A stretch of 64,000 nt of DNA from Lama glama (GCA_028534125.1 CM052818.1:5272001-5336000); one strand, 5' to 3'; positions 35,126-49,257 are shown, counted from the stretch's first letter. The notes: generated by a model not told the origin, from the sequence alone. Program-made: numbers and translations.

Positions 35126-37689
35126 TCCGGAAGAGCAGCATTTAATGAGCTGCATTATTGGCCACCAGGGGCCTGGGATTGGGCACATTCCCAAAGGAAG
35201 TGAGAGTGAATGGATTTTCTAGTTCCCTAGTAGTTCCACTGCTTATAAAAGTACATGGAAAATTAAATCATGATTTCACCCATAGTTCATTTTGCTGCAG
35301 TTTCATTTTTAAATTGTTCAGCATAAGAAATTGCACAAAATCTGTCCCTCTGATAGGAGACAACAGACAGCATATATTTCTAAACACAAATGGGCAGCCC
35401 ATTAAAAAGACAAGTGTGAGACGTGAGGTTTCTGGTTCACAGGAGCTATTTGGCCCAATTTGGGAAACCTTGTTCATCACACCCTCCTAAACGCAGGCAC
35501 CAGTAAGATGTCACAAGTGGGGAACCATCATCCAAAATAAAGGGCCAACTGGAGTGCTCACGGTCTGCACACTCCTGCGTCAGAGCTGGAGTGGAACCTA
35601 GAAGTCCCAGGCAGAGGCAACACCCTTGAAAAGCTTACAATCTCATCGAAGAAGCAATGACAATGCTCAGCAAATACCACATGGTAGTATTAAAGTGTGC
35701 AATCAAAAATGTCGCTGAATCCAGAGAAAAGGCATGTTGAAGGGGGGAGTAGCGGTCAACTTCAATGTCAAGGTGGCAAAGAAATACTTAATATTCTTCA
35801 ACATTGTTTCATTGTAGGCATAAGAGGGTGTATATGGGCAAGAATTAAATTATTATAAAGGTCCTACTGAGATCTTAGTTACAAAAGCCTGAAAGCACAA
35901 GAGTGTATCATACCGGTTTCAAAAAGCCTGAACATCTGGTATATTTGGGAATTTCTCTGTGGATCCGACGACCTGCCATCTCAAAGCATTTCTCATGACC
36001 TTTCCCCCACATCTTTGCATATGACTGGGGGTGGTGGTGGCCTAAACTCCAGTTCTGAGAGAGTTAACCTAGAACAGAACACACCTGTCATGTTACTCAT
36101 GACATCAGGAGTGGATTTATTCCCAGTCGCCATTCCTCAGCGGCACAGAACACTCCCTGCATCTTTCCTAATCTACATAATCACTTGTCAAGATGAGTGA
36201 TTTCTATCTACTTGTCAATGTTGCTGTTTCTTCTTCTTTTTTTTTTTAACATTACCTGAAAAACTGGTTTAACACATTTTCACTGACACACTTTTCTACG
36301 CAACTGGATACCACGGATAGAGACATTTGATAGTCATTTTGCCCTGCCCCCACTCCCCAAATGAGTTCAGTGCTCATGAAATGAGCTGGATTTCCCTAGA
36401 GAGTTAACGTCATTACATCTTTGCCTCACAGATATGGGGGATACCTGACTACGCAGATACCCCAACTCAAGCTCCTCCATCATCTCAGGAAATCTGTCAT
36501 GAGGGGAAGAGAAGGCTGTTCACACTGGTAACTGTGCTGCCCAAGATATCGCTCCATCCCAAAGTGGAATATTTTTGTAAAACCCTTCAGCCACAAAACA
36601 CCCCAAAATTAGAGAAAACAATTGATACAAGCCAGTTCTTTTAAAAATTGTTTATGGTCATCTCTTGGCCCCGTGGTGAATCATAAGACTGAGCTTAAAA
36701 GTCAAATCCAGAGGTACTTTCTTGGCATTTGACAGTGAGAGAGATTTATGAGTTATAGTCACAGGCTTTTATTAGAATTGGAATTGTAGACCAAATCCAG
36801 ATATATTTCTCTTCCTTCTATTTTTCATTCTCATGTTGGAAGTCCTAAGGCTGTTTTGCTTCTGTTTTAGTTCTAATTTCATATTATGATGTGCTCAGAT
36901 CAAATTCCCAAGGGCTTGAAGGATACATGCAAAATTGTTCAAATATTAATTTTTTTAAAAAAAAAAGCAAAAATATCTCCATGCAGGAAAAAAAAGTCAC
37001 TCAGTGGAATCAATCCTTCTTCATTTGCTTCTCCCCCAAGAATACAGACAGTATCTTCCTCCAGTCTTAGCCTTTTCCTGCCCGATACAAGGCACATTTG
37101 AAGGACTCCAGGAAAAAACATGCAAGTAGTTCTTTCTGTCCTGCTAGTAGAAATCAGACTTTGGAGCTTTGGAGGGTCCAGGATAGTCAGACAGTATTTT
37201 CTACAACTGAGCCAGGGAGTGACATTTGAATTCTAGGTGGATGAAAAAGATTTTCTGTCTGTTTCTAGGTTGAAAAGTGCTGTCGAGTTAAAGTGAGCAC
37301 TTTGCTTTTTTTTAAAAAAAACTTTCTCATTCTTCCTTGACTCAATATTTGCCACTAAAATCACATGCACAATGCAGAAGTTTCCTGACTTCGATTATTC
37401 AATAAATGCATATTAGCATTTAGTTGGTGTCAGGCTGAGCTCTGGGCACTGGAGATGGAGCAAGGAACGGAGTAGAGAGGGCAGAGCCTGAAGGGGGCAA
37501 AACATCTGAACGACACGGCGAGCCCAACGACAGTCCTTGAAGAAACCATGGTCTTGGTTTCCAAGATCAAAGACACCAATTCTGGGGGCACTTTTGTCAA
37601 ACTCGAGGTCTTCAATGAAATGGCTTTGTTGCATGTCTTCCTTTATCTGAGAACGCCTACATCAATATGCACATTATAAATCTTTTTAT

Positions 37690-40600
37690 TGTTTACTCTC
37701 TTACATGCTTTTAACTTTAAATAGGTAATACTTTCCTGTGTTTGTATAAGTGTGTGTGCGTGCGAGCATGTGTGTATGAACGTGTTTAATTAATTTCCTT
37801 CCACCCAGTCAGCTCATTGCCCTCCATCCTTTCCAAGTACAAGTATACCTGCCCCTCCTCTGTGGTACAACCACTGTTACTGTGTATCTTCTAGAGTTGT
37901 CTGTTGCCTATACAAATAGATACTCATATGTTTGTAGTTTTTCTGCCTCCCTCCTTTTTTTAAAAGAAAAATTAGAGTTGATACACACTGTTCTACTGTT
38001 TTCACTTAATAATTCTAGGAATCTTCTTGTGTCAGCACACAGAGAATTGCTTCATTCTTTCTTAAAGTTGCATAGTATGTCATTCTATGGATGCATGATG
38101 AATAATATTTGCTCAACACCTATTTTTTTTTAAATCTTTTGCTATTAAAATGGATTTCACCACTGAAATGGATAAACGTGTGCATATATCATTTCTTACA
38201 TATAGAAGTCTATTTGTAACACAGATTACCACAGTGAAATTTCTGGGTCAGTGGGGATATTTATTTGTAATTTTGTTGAGTATTGATAAGTTAGCTTCCC
38301 TAGAGGTATACCAGTTCACTCACATATCATCCCACGTGCCTCTTTCCACACAGCTGTACCAGAGAGTACATCATCAGACCTTGAGATTTTTGTCATTCTG
38401 GTGAGTAAAAATGTTACAACAGGGTAGTTCTGACTGTGCATCTCTCTTTTTTAACCTCCATTCATATGTTTAAGAGACATTTGTGTTTAACTTTTGATCA
38501 ACGTTCCCTTTCCCTTCTTCCATGTGGATATGTGAGCATTCTGTTAATTTGTTAGGAGCTCTGAAAAATGAGAAAAATTAACGCTTTGTTGATCAAATGG
38601 GTTGCACATCTCTCTTCTGAGTTTGTCTTTTAACTTTGTTTTCCTTTTTCTTTTTTTTTTAATATTAACTCTTTAAAATAGATTCAGATTTATAGAAAAA
38701 TTGCAAAGATGATGAATTCCCACATACCTCACACCCAGTTTCTCTTATTATTAACTTCTTACATTGGTAAGCCACATTTGTCACAATTAATAGGCTGATA
38801 TTGATACATTATTGCTAACTCAAGTCCATAATTTATGCCAATTTTCTTTGTTTCTTTGTTTCTTTGTTGAGGTGAAATTCATGTGACCATACAACTTAAC
38901 CATTTGAAAGTGTAAAATTTAGTATCGTTTATTAAATTCACAGTGTTGTGCAACTACCACCTTTTAGTTCCATTACATTTTTATCAGCCACCCCCCAAAA
39001 CCTCATACTCATCATGTGGTCATTCCCTGTTCCCCCATCTTTGCAGCTTCTGGTGCTCGCCAACCTGCTTTCTGGCTTGATGGATTTACCTATTCTGGCT
39101 ATTTCACACACATGGAATCACGCAAAATGTGATTTTATGGCTAAGCAAGCCATATTTTGTTATCCAACATTCATTGGTGAGAATCTGGGTTGAATCATAT
39201 GGTAATTATATGTTTAAATTTTTGAGGAACTGCCAAGCGACACCACTTTATATTCCTGTCAACAATACATGAGGATTTCAGTCTCTCCATACCCTCACCA
39301 CGGCTGCTTTTTCCTTTGTTTGTTTGTGTGGGTTTTGTATGGTTTTTATTTACATAATCGTCCTAGTGGATGTGGAGTGGTATCTCTTTGTGGTTTTGAT
39401 CTGCATTTCCCTGTTTTAATATCTGCACAGGGCTAGTCTGCCGTCATGGAGCTTCCTTCTCACAGTTTTCATTGTTACTCTTGCTTGTTCTTTTTTTCAC
39501 ACTAACTTTAGAGATAGTTTAGTAGGTTAAAAGAAAACTTTCTTTCATTTTCACTGAGATCACATTAAATTTGGAGATTAACTTAGAGAAGATTTACATC
39601 TTTATGACGTTGCTATGGCTTTTTTTTTTTTTTTGTCCAAGGCTTCTACTGAGGCTGTTAGTCATACTTGAGTTGTGTCTTCACATAGACCCCTCTCATT
39701 TATTGTTATGTTTATTCCTTGATATTTTAATGTTATTCATTACTCTCATACATAGGATATTTTCTTTCATTATATCTTCTAACAAGTTTTTGTTTGAAAT
39801 CAGTTTAACTCATGAGAACTGCAATGTGTCTATTCTCAAGAAAGGATTAAGGAGTAACCAACAGCTCTTCCAGTTTTGCCCACAAAGACATACCTTAAAT
39901 TATAGTTTTTTAATGCTGGTTTAAAATTTATCCTTTATTAGGGGGTGGGTATAGCTCACTGGCAGAGTGTGTGCTCAGCATGCACAAGGTCCTGGGTTCA
40001 ATCCCCAGTACCTCCATTAAAAAAAAAAATGTGAGTACAATTCAAAAACAGTAATAGATATAAATATTCAATATCTTGTAATAACCTATAATGAAAATGA
40101 ATATATGTATGTATATATGACTGAAACATCATGCTATGCACCAGAAATTGACACATTGTAACTGACTACTTCAATTAATAAATTGCATCAAAAAATCATA
40201 ATCAGATGTAAAATTTATCCTTTATTATAATTGTAGCTTACACTCTGAGTTTGAAATCAGAAAGGTTTAAAAATTATAAATGAAGGCCATGGAAGCAATA
40301 ATGTACCACAGTATTTCAACACTGTACATCATTAGCTGTAGCATTTATGTATGTATCTCATGTATGTACATATGATCGCACATATATACATGTATGTTTG
40401 TACACATACAAAATTACACATACATTTCTAGAGTGAAAATCTCTCTGAATTCATGCTTCAGTAGTCTTTGCTGATAGGTATATAAGGTCACTTCAAAATC
40501 ACATTTATGGATCAAGGACTGCTTTGAAAATAACTTTGAAGCCTGAAACATGGGGATTTTCCTCGGTGTAAATTTTGTCACCAGTTGTCTTTTATTTTTG

Positions 40601-40760
40601 CCTCAGCTGATGGTATAAACTAGATACTTCCTGACTTTCAAAGAAATGGCTGATTTGTGTTATTCACCCCTGCAGTCTTCATGACAAATGTTGTTTATTC
40701 TCTTTCTGAGTAATGTCAGATTCGCTTTGTATTCTTTGTGAAGAGAAGGGAAGACTTCTC
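37690..40760 (-). mobile_element. Nested antisense L1 stack: L1ME-like host with L1MC-like (about 38640-38850) and L1MB-like (about 38850-39415) 3' ends inside
   Basis: T-rich antisense L1 motifs 'gcatagtatgtcattctatggatg', 'agatttatagaaaaattgcaaagat', 'ttgaggtgaaattcatg...ttcacagtgttgtgcaactaccacc', 'gtggtatctctttgtggttttgatctgcatttccctg'. Confidence 0.8.
39941..40208 (+). mobile_element. Composite Vic-1-like SINE + L1 3' UTR fragment in one TSD
   Basis: SINE at 39941-40029, L1 3' end at about 40061-40182. Perfect direct repeat taaaatttatcctttatta at 39922-39940 and 40209-40227. Confidence 0.88.
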
Positions 40761-41989
40761 TAAACAGTGAGGAAGCAGGCAAAGTAGCTGTTAGCACTTC
40801 TATTTCAGAGCAGGCTCGCCTGTCACTTTCGGCTTTGTATTACTCACAAAATTTGGAACTTGGGAACTGAGCATGGCTACCCAACGGAGATAGCTTCGTT
40901 TTATTTATTTATTTGCATGTTTATTTATTTGTATTCACTGAACCAACTCAAAGGCTGTGAAGTATAACTATATATATGTATATATATGTATGTGTATGTG
41001 TATTTATTTTCCTGGAAGGCATCAACCACTTAAAAATTAAACAGAACCATGTGTGACTCAAATAGGCATGCCATAAGTGTTTGGCAGAAAAGTGAATAAA
41101 TGAATTAATGATTCAGTAAAAAAGATGCACTTTCAAAATCCATATTCAGTATTTTAACTTGGCTTTCTCACCAAAAGGAGGCACTTGTCTCCACTCCTGC
41201 TAGTAAAAATCTGGGGAGGACAGAAGCTGGGCCATCAGTGCCTCAGGGCCTCTGCCTGTCACCCTCTCCCCACTCCTGCTTGTCAGCTGTGATGGATGGC
41301 ACTCCCATTTGGTCATGCTCTCTTTGATGTGATGTATTCTGCAATATCCAAGGAGAAGTTCTCAAATTCCAGAGGAGGTGGAAGACACAACCCGATGCGG
41401 GAACATATGGAATGGCGGATTAGATCAGGGTGGTGATGGGCGAATAGTCATCAGACTTTCACTGAGCGCAGAAATATGGCATGGCCCTCGATGGCCAAGC
41501 ACCGAGTACATTTCAAGCCCATCACACACGAGGAGACTTAGGGGGACTGTGAGCCGGATCTTTTGGTCAAAGGGAATATCATCGATGCCTACTTCACATT
41601 CAATCTCAGAGAAGGAGTCAAAGAATCAGGGCAGTCATGGAACTTGATCCTCAAAAGTTCAGATCTATTGGGAAGCCTGTGGCTACGGATGTGAATCAAT
41701 GCGAGAGCTATAGAAAAAGTCTATGCAATTTAAACTGGGGCATCCTACCAACCCCTAGTTACTCAGAGAAAGGATCTCAGTTAGACACTGAAAAGTGGAC
41801 GCATCAGGCAGTGATTTTCATGGCACAGTTATAACTGGATGCCTGACAGCCTTGAGATTCATGGTTTCCGTTTATCTTCTGAAAACAGCCAGTCTCCCTC
41901 CGAAGTCTTGAGGTCAGGGTGTGAAGCAACATCTGTGTAGGTCATTTACTGTCTGTACGGCACCACGGCACCGAACATGTAACACACAT

Positions 41990-42150
41990 CCCCTTACTGA
42001 ACCTCAAATGACCGTGTGAAGTACTTCTAATTACCCCCGAGGAAAGAGAAACAAAGAAAGACTCAGAACCTTGCACACCAGTAAATGGTTGATCTGGAAT
42101 TTGGACTTCAACCCTCTGCTCTGAAGTCCAAATGCTTTCATTACTATGCA
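41990..42150 (-). mobile_element. MIR fragment
   Basis: 'cacaccagtaaatggttgatctggaatttggacttcaaccctctgctctgaagtccaaatgcttt'. Confidence 0.6.
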
Positions 42151-43349
42151 TTTGTAATTTTACTTTTCTGGAATGGAGTTGAAGACTTTCAAGCAAGAGG
42201 AACAAAGATGTAGAGAAGGAACTCTTCCTTGAGAGCAACTTGTTTTTCTTCTTTTTTCTTACCCTCGGCGGAAACTCTGCCATCTTCCCCACCTCCCAGT
42301 CCACTTACAAAGAGCCTTGACACAAGGAAACCATTTCGTTACAATCCATAGAAGACCTTCTAGGTTCATTTTCTTGCAGGCTTGGCTCTAAGCATGCACA
42401 CAATGGCGGGTTATGAGAGAGGGGATCAGCTTCCCTGGGGCAGCTGTGAGGATGCTGCCTGCCAGGGCCTGGAGGTCAGCAGAAAGGCTGTCCCAGAAAA
42501 GCAGAGATGACTGATGGCCTGAAGGCACAAGGGGCCCTGGAATGCTCTTTTATCTTAAGTCACCGTGCTCCCCCAGCCTCCAGCCCTCCATTCCTCCCAT
42601 ACCGTGCTTCCCATCCCTCATGCCTACAGATTTACTCTCCTTCCTGGCTTTGATTAGCTTGCCCCACAACCAACCTCCACCCTGCTTTCCTGTCCTCCCC
42701 GAGAGCCAAGAGCACTCCCGACATGAGGGAAGCAGTCCATCATCATGACGGGAAGTGTCAGGTGCACAAGATAAATGCAAATTTCATGGCACCCCTGCCT
42801 CACTCAGCCAAGTTTTATGAGACGGAGAAAACTTGGAGCCTGATGCTGTGGGGCCATTTGGTTGGCAGGGAGCAGAACAGACTTTATCCAACACCGTCTG
42901 CTGGCAGCTCTGGCGCTAGATTTATACAGAGTGATAGAGATGGCGCTGGCTATTAAGCCTGCTGCTTGGCCAGCTGGGGGCCTCGCAAGTGATGGTGTGG
43001 ATCCTGGGAGAGAGCCTCCCCACCGTGCACCCCAATGGCACCTTCAGTAGCCCACCTGGGGCCGGACGGGCCAGCCCCCATGAGACTGGCGTCTTGTACA
43101 GAGGCAGAGAATTCCTAACAAGCCACTCTTGTCCAGTGCCCACCGTGCTAGTAAAACCTGGCATCCACAGCAGAGCTGGAGCTGGCTGAGAAATAAAAAA
43201 AATCTGTTTTGTTATTTGTTTTCATTTGAGTTTGTGGCTTTCCATTATAGAGTTTGTGGCTTTCAATCATAGAGGACGTTGCTCCATCTGCCTCGAAATC
43301 TATTATCCTAAGGGGGTGTCCACCTGGAAGGACAAGTTTGACACAGGCT

Positions 43350-43612
43350 GTGACATCATGGCAAAAACCCACGTTCCGGAGCCACGCTGCCTGACTTTGC
43401 ATCCAGCCTTCTTGCCTTACCAGCTCTGTGTGACCATGACCTAGGGCAGCGCTTTAAAACCCTTTTTGCCTCGTTACTGATGCAGAGTAAAAAGTTCTCT
43501 CTCTGTGTAAAGGAAGCGTAATAATAACAGCAGTTACCTCAGAGTGTAGTTGGGCAGATTCAGTTAATAAAACACAGAAATGTAAAGTGCTGAGAACAGG
43601 GCCCGGCCAATG
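43350..43612 (+). mobile_element. MIR
   Basis: 'ggagccacgctgcctgactttgcatccagcc...ttaccagctctgtgtgacc...tgtaaagtgctgagaacagggcccggc'. Confidence 0.75.
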
Positions 43613-44009
43613 GTTACTTCTTGCACAGTTTGTTCTCCAGCCTAGCGGAGTCCATCTGAAGACCTGTGATGGCGCTGAAAAATTTCAAAAGGGACCCTGT
43701 GCACTGCCTGGAGGTCTGACGTGACTACAAGACAGCACGCTGAGGGGCTTAGCTCTTGTATTTAAGCTCTTAGATGGCAGGGCTGAAGAGGGAGACAGTA
43801 AATGTGAGCAGCTCTGTAATCTTTCGGAGGGAACTGCACAGACACGTCTTCTCCTCTTCACAGACAGGGCGGACCTGTGACTGGACGTGAAGGAACTAAT
43901 CATCCTTTCTGATCCTCAGATACACAACAGTAGCAAGGACGCAGCCCAGGTCTTTGAAAGTGGAGTGAAATTCTTCATGGAGAAAACTCCAGACCTTAAG
44001 AACCTTGGC

Positions 44010-44125
44010 AACTAATTGCAAATGAGGAAATTGAGGCCCAATGTGACGGTGCTCCACAGCACCCCAGCCAGACAAAAGAAGAGTTGAGATTAGAACCCAA
44101 ACCCCAGACTCCTAATTCAGGGCCC
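44010..44125 (-). mobile_element. MIR fragment
   Basis: 'ttgcaaatgaggaaattgaggccca...gattagaaccca'. Confidence 0.7.
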
Positions 44126-47100
44126 CTGTGACCTAGTGGCTCTCCAGGCAGCCCCGGCAGGACCTCCCGCCACCTGCCAGTGGGCTGGCTTCCCTGTGAA
44201 CTGGTGTTCTTTTCCTCATCAGTACCCCCTGTGCATCCCTCCCAGGCACGCTCCCCTCAGTCTCTCGGGACAGTACTGGATCAGTAACTAGGGGAGAAAT
44301 CTAGGGAGCCTATCAAAATCCACATATGAGACACTATAGACAATTTGAGATGCTACAGAAGAATATTGACCATCATCCCTTCTCTGAAACACCTTTTAAC
44401 CTACTTGGTCAGACACCACGGAAGGGCCTGGGGAACAAGGTGGGGGGGAAGGGCAACATGTGAGGCTTGATCACCAGTGGGAGCGGGAGGCTGTGTGAGC
44501 AGACCGGACCATATTTAGCCTTCTAGACGTTCCAACATAACCTATGGAATTATCACTTTAGCAGCTGGTATGCACTTATTTAAGATGAACTCTCTTATGA
44601 TTTTTCACCCTATGTATTTTGAAAAGAATCATCAGAAAGCCTCTTACGTTCCCTAGTACAAAGATTGTCTTTACTCTGTGACTTAAATAATAATTATCAT
44701 TATCACCATCACCATCATTTATTGGTTGAACCCTGACAATGTCCCAGACTCTTTGGTAAGAAAGGCGCGTTAACAGATGACTCATTATATTCCAGAAGGC
44801 CAGAGACAGTCCTGTCTTTCATGAGTTTCAGAGCTCCACGCAGGGAGGTCTCTGGTTTAGCCTTTCTGAGCCCCCAGCCGGGGAGGGGGCTCGCCCGCGG
44901 AGTCCCAGATGAATGATACAAAGCACAATTCATAAGCTTGTCTTACAACTTCCTGAGGAAAGGGCCTTCCAAACCTCACACAGCAAATTCAAGAGTTGAG
45001 GGGAAAACGTGAAAAGTTGAGTTTTCTTTTTTTAAATCAATTATACTTTGAAATTATTTTCTTCACAGGATTTATTAGAACAAGAAGAAAACCCCCTAAA
45101 GTTCTGAAGAAATATTAACATAACATGCCTGTAACTCATGCTGTGTTTAATGAGAGGTGCTGTTTTTCCTGCCATGGGGGCCGTAGCCCAATGAGTGATG
45201 GCTCTGAAAAGGGTCACATACATATTCATCAAATTCGACATGCAGATGTAAACTGGTCTTAATAGGCCATGACAGCAGAAGTTGTGTCGGGCAAATAGCT
45301 CCACGTGTGCTGCTTCCCACAACTGGCATATTCAGCCATTACCGCTCTGGTATCCATGGATGAAATATTAGCTTGTTCACTTAAGACCATCACTTGTTGT
45401 TGATTCTCAGGGGCGACCAAGGGGAGAGATCCTCTCAGCTACTCTATTAGGGGCGAGGCTGGAACTTCAAGACGCTCATTTTACCTTAATGGTGCCATTA
45501 ATGCCACGCTGCTCCCGGAACCCGGAGTCCAGGAGATGCCTGCAAACTGTCCTGACTGAAACCGATCTCACACCGGGCGGAAAATGAAGCGGGCTCCTCC
45601 TCTGTCCCTGTCACAGAGCGCGTGGGGTTTCAAACTTTTTCTTAAACTGTTGCAATGCAAGATGCATTTTACTCAAGTGTCAACCCGTCTGAAGGTGGCT
45701 GAGACATGCATGGTTGGTTAAGCACACATCAGCGGCAGATATGAACCCTTCTAAGACGCTCTCCTTGGTTATTTGATGAAGACATTCTCAAGCCCACAGT
45801 GATTTAAATTATCGCGAAGCAACGGGGACCACAAATGAGCTGTGGAAAAAAAAAAGAGGCATCAAGTAATAAAGTAAGATGTTTATGCCTTGTAGAGGCA
45901 ACCACATAAGACTAAGACGCCAAAGCCATTATTTTAAGACATGCAGGCCCTGAGTCGGGGTTGATAAATTGTCTTATTGTAACCATCCGGGGGCTTCTGG
46001 CTACACCTCTGCCATCAACCTCCGGATACCTGTATTTGGTGAAACACGAGTATCGTTAGTGAACCGTGGACATTTGGCCTTGTCTGTCAGTCAAGTTTCT
46101 TCTTGGATTGAACTGGTGTTTTGTTCTATTTTCGGTAAGACAAACAGCTGTGCATTTGAATCGCCCCAAGATTTGGTCTAAATAAAGTGATTTGGGACAT
46201 GATTGTCTGTAAGTAACGTGTTGAGGAGTTTCAAAGCCTGAGAGCTAATCCCGCCTTCCTCAGTGATCGCACTTGGCTATGGTCCTCTTCCTCCTCATCT
46301 TTTCCTGCCTCTTCTCCAAATCATCGATTGGTCTTTGGGAAACAATGTTCTGCCCTTTCTTACCAAAAAAAATCTTCCAATCTTTGTGAATTTAAAATAG
46401 GCTTAACTCTAGGTGCCATGAAAGTAACCTGCAAGTAAAATATTTTATCCTTTAATAAAATTACACTCTATGGTGAGAACATATCAAAGAGCAATTCGTT
46501 GAACAAGTTCCCTGGCTGCCTGGCTCTTTCTCATGAACCCATTTTCCTGAGCAGAAGGAAATATTACGCATGATGTCTTTCCCTTAACCTCCCCGGAATC
46601 AGCCGTGAATGAGGACTACTTTGGATTCAATCCCGTGAGTCTTGTATACTCAACAATTTTCTCAAAAAACCCAAAAAAGTATTAGGTACGGTAATTTCCA
46701 AGGCAGACATGTTAAATCTATTCTTAGATTTCAAAAGGAAGGCATTCTTCTTCATTCTCAGACTTGGTGTTTTGGGGTGAGATCATTTAAGGGAAAACGT
46801 GATTAACGTGGGCCAGCTCTTCATCGTAATACAGAAGTGGGCTCAAAACAATTTTCCTAAGTGCTGCATTTTAATACAATGATTTCATGCCCCGCATCCT
46901 ATATGCTTAGGAATTATTAGTGATCAAACATGTTCTGAGACAGTCTCAACTGAAAAGATTATCATCATGTGTATAGGTGACGGAGATGTGTGTTCATTAT
47001 TTTTCCAGTTCTGGCCCATTAGACCACTGTTGCCAAAGATCACAGGATACAGTTTCCTTGATTTGTGCTTTCTCAGGAAAAAAAAAAAAACAACAAAGGA

Positions 47101-49257
47101 AGAGGGACCTTCATTTCAAACTATTGTAATTACATTTCAGTGCAATTGAGAAACTCATCCTAGAAAGTACTGCTGCCTCCGATGACCGGTGAGCTGGGGG
47201 AGGACGGGGATAGCCAGCTCCCCTTTGGCATCACTGCCCATCACTAGGAGTCAGGGATAAATGGGGTGCTTGGCTGATTCAGAAAAATGCCATCTGGTAT
47301 AGATTTCCTTTCAACTCACTGGGAGGAATTCAGGATCATGGGCAGTAATTGAAAGCTGTTGTCTTAGGGGTGGTATTTTACTTAGCTCCTTCTTCCTAGC
47401 GAGCTTCTGGAAGCCAGGCTGTCTGAGCTAACACACGTCTACTTATTCTACCTGGATTCACGCTTCTGACAAATGCCCCTTAAGCTAAGAGTGCACACCT
47501 ATAAATCATGTGTGGTTTGCATTCATTCTGCTCCGAAGTGCTGTAAACAGCAAGGCCTACTTATCGGAGGTGTGTGGCTGGTAACAGAGGGTCATTGAGA
47601 AGCAGAGGCAAATGAATTGAGGTCTAAGCAGAATGGATGGCATGGCTGGTCATAACTGAACGCCGGGTCGGAATTGAGGCCACTCAAAGCAGATCACAGA
47701 TGACTTTAATCCACTCTCTGCCCAGCTTTCTCGGGGGATAAATCTGTCTCCAGTTTTTATTTACATATTATCATTTTACCGTATGTCACCGTCAGAGTTT
47801 CAGACTTGAGTAAATCCACCTTTAAATAGCGATTTGTCTCCTTTTGATAGTAAATATTCTCCTAAGTGGTGGTTAGGATTAAAGGGAATTTGTCGACAAT
47901 AGGGAAAGGGGGCTATTTAGGATTAAATGAAATTATACACTCCGCCAAGACCGCCTTCACCGGGGCGCTCAGTCCGGCAGGTGCTGGTTGTCCCGCAAAT
48001 TCCCCCTTTGAAAGTACAGTGATGATTCCCTGAAAGGAGCAAAAGAAAGGGAGGGGGCGGAGACACACTGACGAATGTTCTCAGCTCTCCAGACTCCCTG
48101 GGAGGGGGCAAATCCTCCCTGAACAGCCCCCGAGACGCCACCACTTAAAGGTTAGCAAAGAGTTCTTTGGAGGTGACATTTAAACCTTTAATAGCTCCCA
48201 GCCAGTTTGGGCAGGACTAATTCCCCCTCGCTGGAGGCCCGGAGCCAGGCACTGCTCAGTTACCAGTCTACAGAGGATGCCCGAGGATGTGGGTGAAACC
48301 CAAGCCAGGCGACTTGGGAGCCGGGGGTGGAGCCCACCAGTGTCTGCCCGCCTTGCCCTCCAGCCCTGATAGCACCCAAACCCGAAAAAGCTGCCAGTTG
48401 CTCATTCGGCCCTTGCTGAGGTTAGCAATTACAATATCAGTGTCCCCCAAACAGGGCGGCCAGGATGGATGGCGGAGCAGAGGGGACTCCGAGTAAGTCT
48501 TAGGGGAAGCTGGCTGGCTCCTGCTGTTCTCTGGCTCACAAATCTGGCCGTTCTATTCCCCAGCACTGGCCACAAACAGTAGGAATCCTTTTCAATCACG
48601 ATTAGCAACACTTCACTGCTGTCATAGTTGACCCCTGGCAAACTGCAACTCAGCGAAGAACATTCTTTCCAGAGAGGAAGCAGACATCGTTCAGCCAGAG
48701 ACGATTTACTGGGGGACACGCAGCTGACTTGCTTTTGTTGTCTCCCTGGAGCTGCTCAGCCCGTTGAAATGAATGGTCCTTCTCCACAGCAGTGCTAGTG
48801 GGAGGGCCTTTCCGGAGAGACAGAGAGAGGGGAGGAGGCCGGCATCCTGCCTTGCGGTTTGCAGCCAGGATCTCTGGCGTATCCTGTCTGTCCAAGGATC
48901 ATTGTGTAGCTTTTCTCGAGAACAAGACGTAAGTGACGTAGTCCAGAAGAGCCACCTTTTCCTCCATGTCAGGGGATGGCTCCCCCAGCCCCTCACCTTG
49001 CTCAGACTCAATTTGCCTAAAACTAAAAAATAAATTAACCAAAACACTAGCAGACTGAAGACTGCTTACATCAGCTGAAGGCACATGCCCCCCCCACTGT
49101 CTTTTTGCTTACTGAAGGAGAAAACATTGGGACTTTTAGTCTGTTGTTCACCCCACTCACCCAATCAGCTCTCATGGGAGTTCCTAAGCAGGGCTGCGAC
49201 TCAGTCATCTCGTCAACTATCCGGGTAGCTTCCATTGTTTTCAATATTAGTCTTATT

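Noticed and set aside
47820..47921. MEF2-like motifs
   Set aside because: Neither fits YTA(W)4TAR fully.
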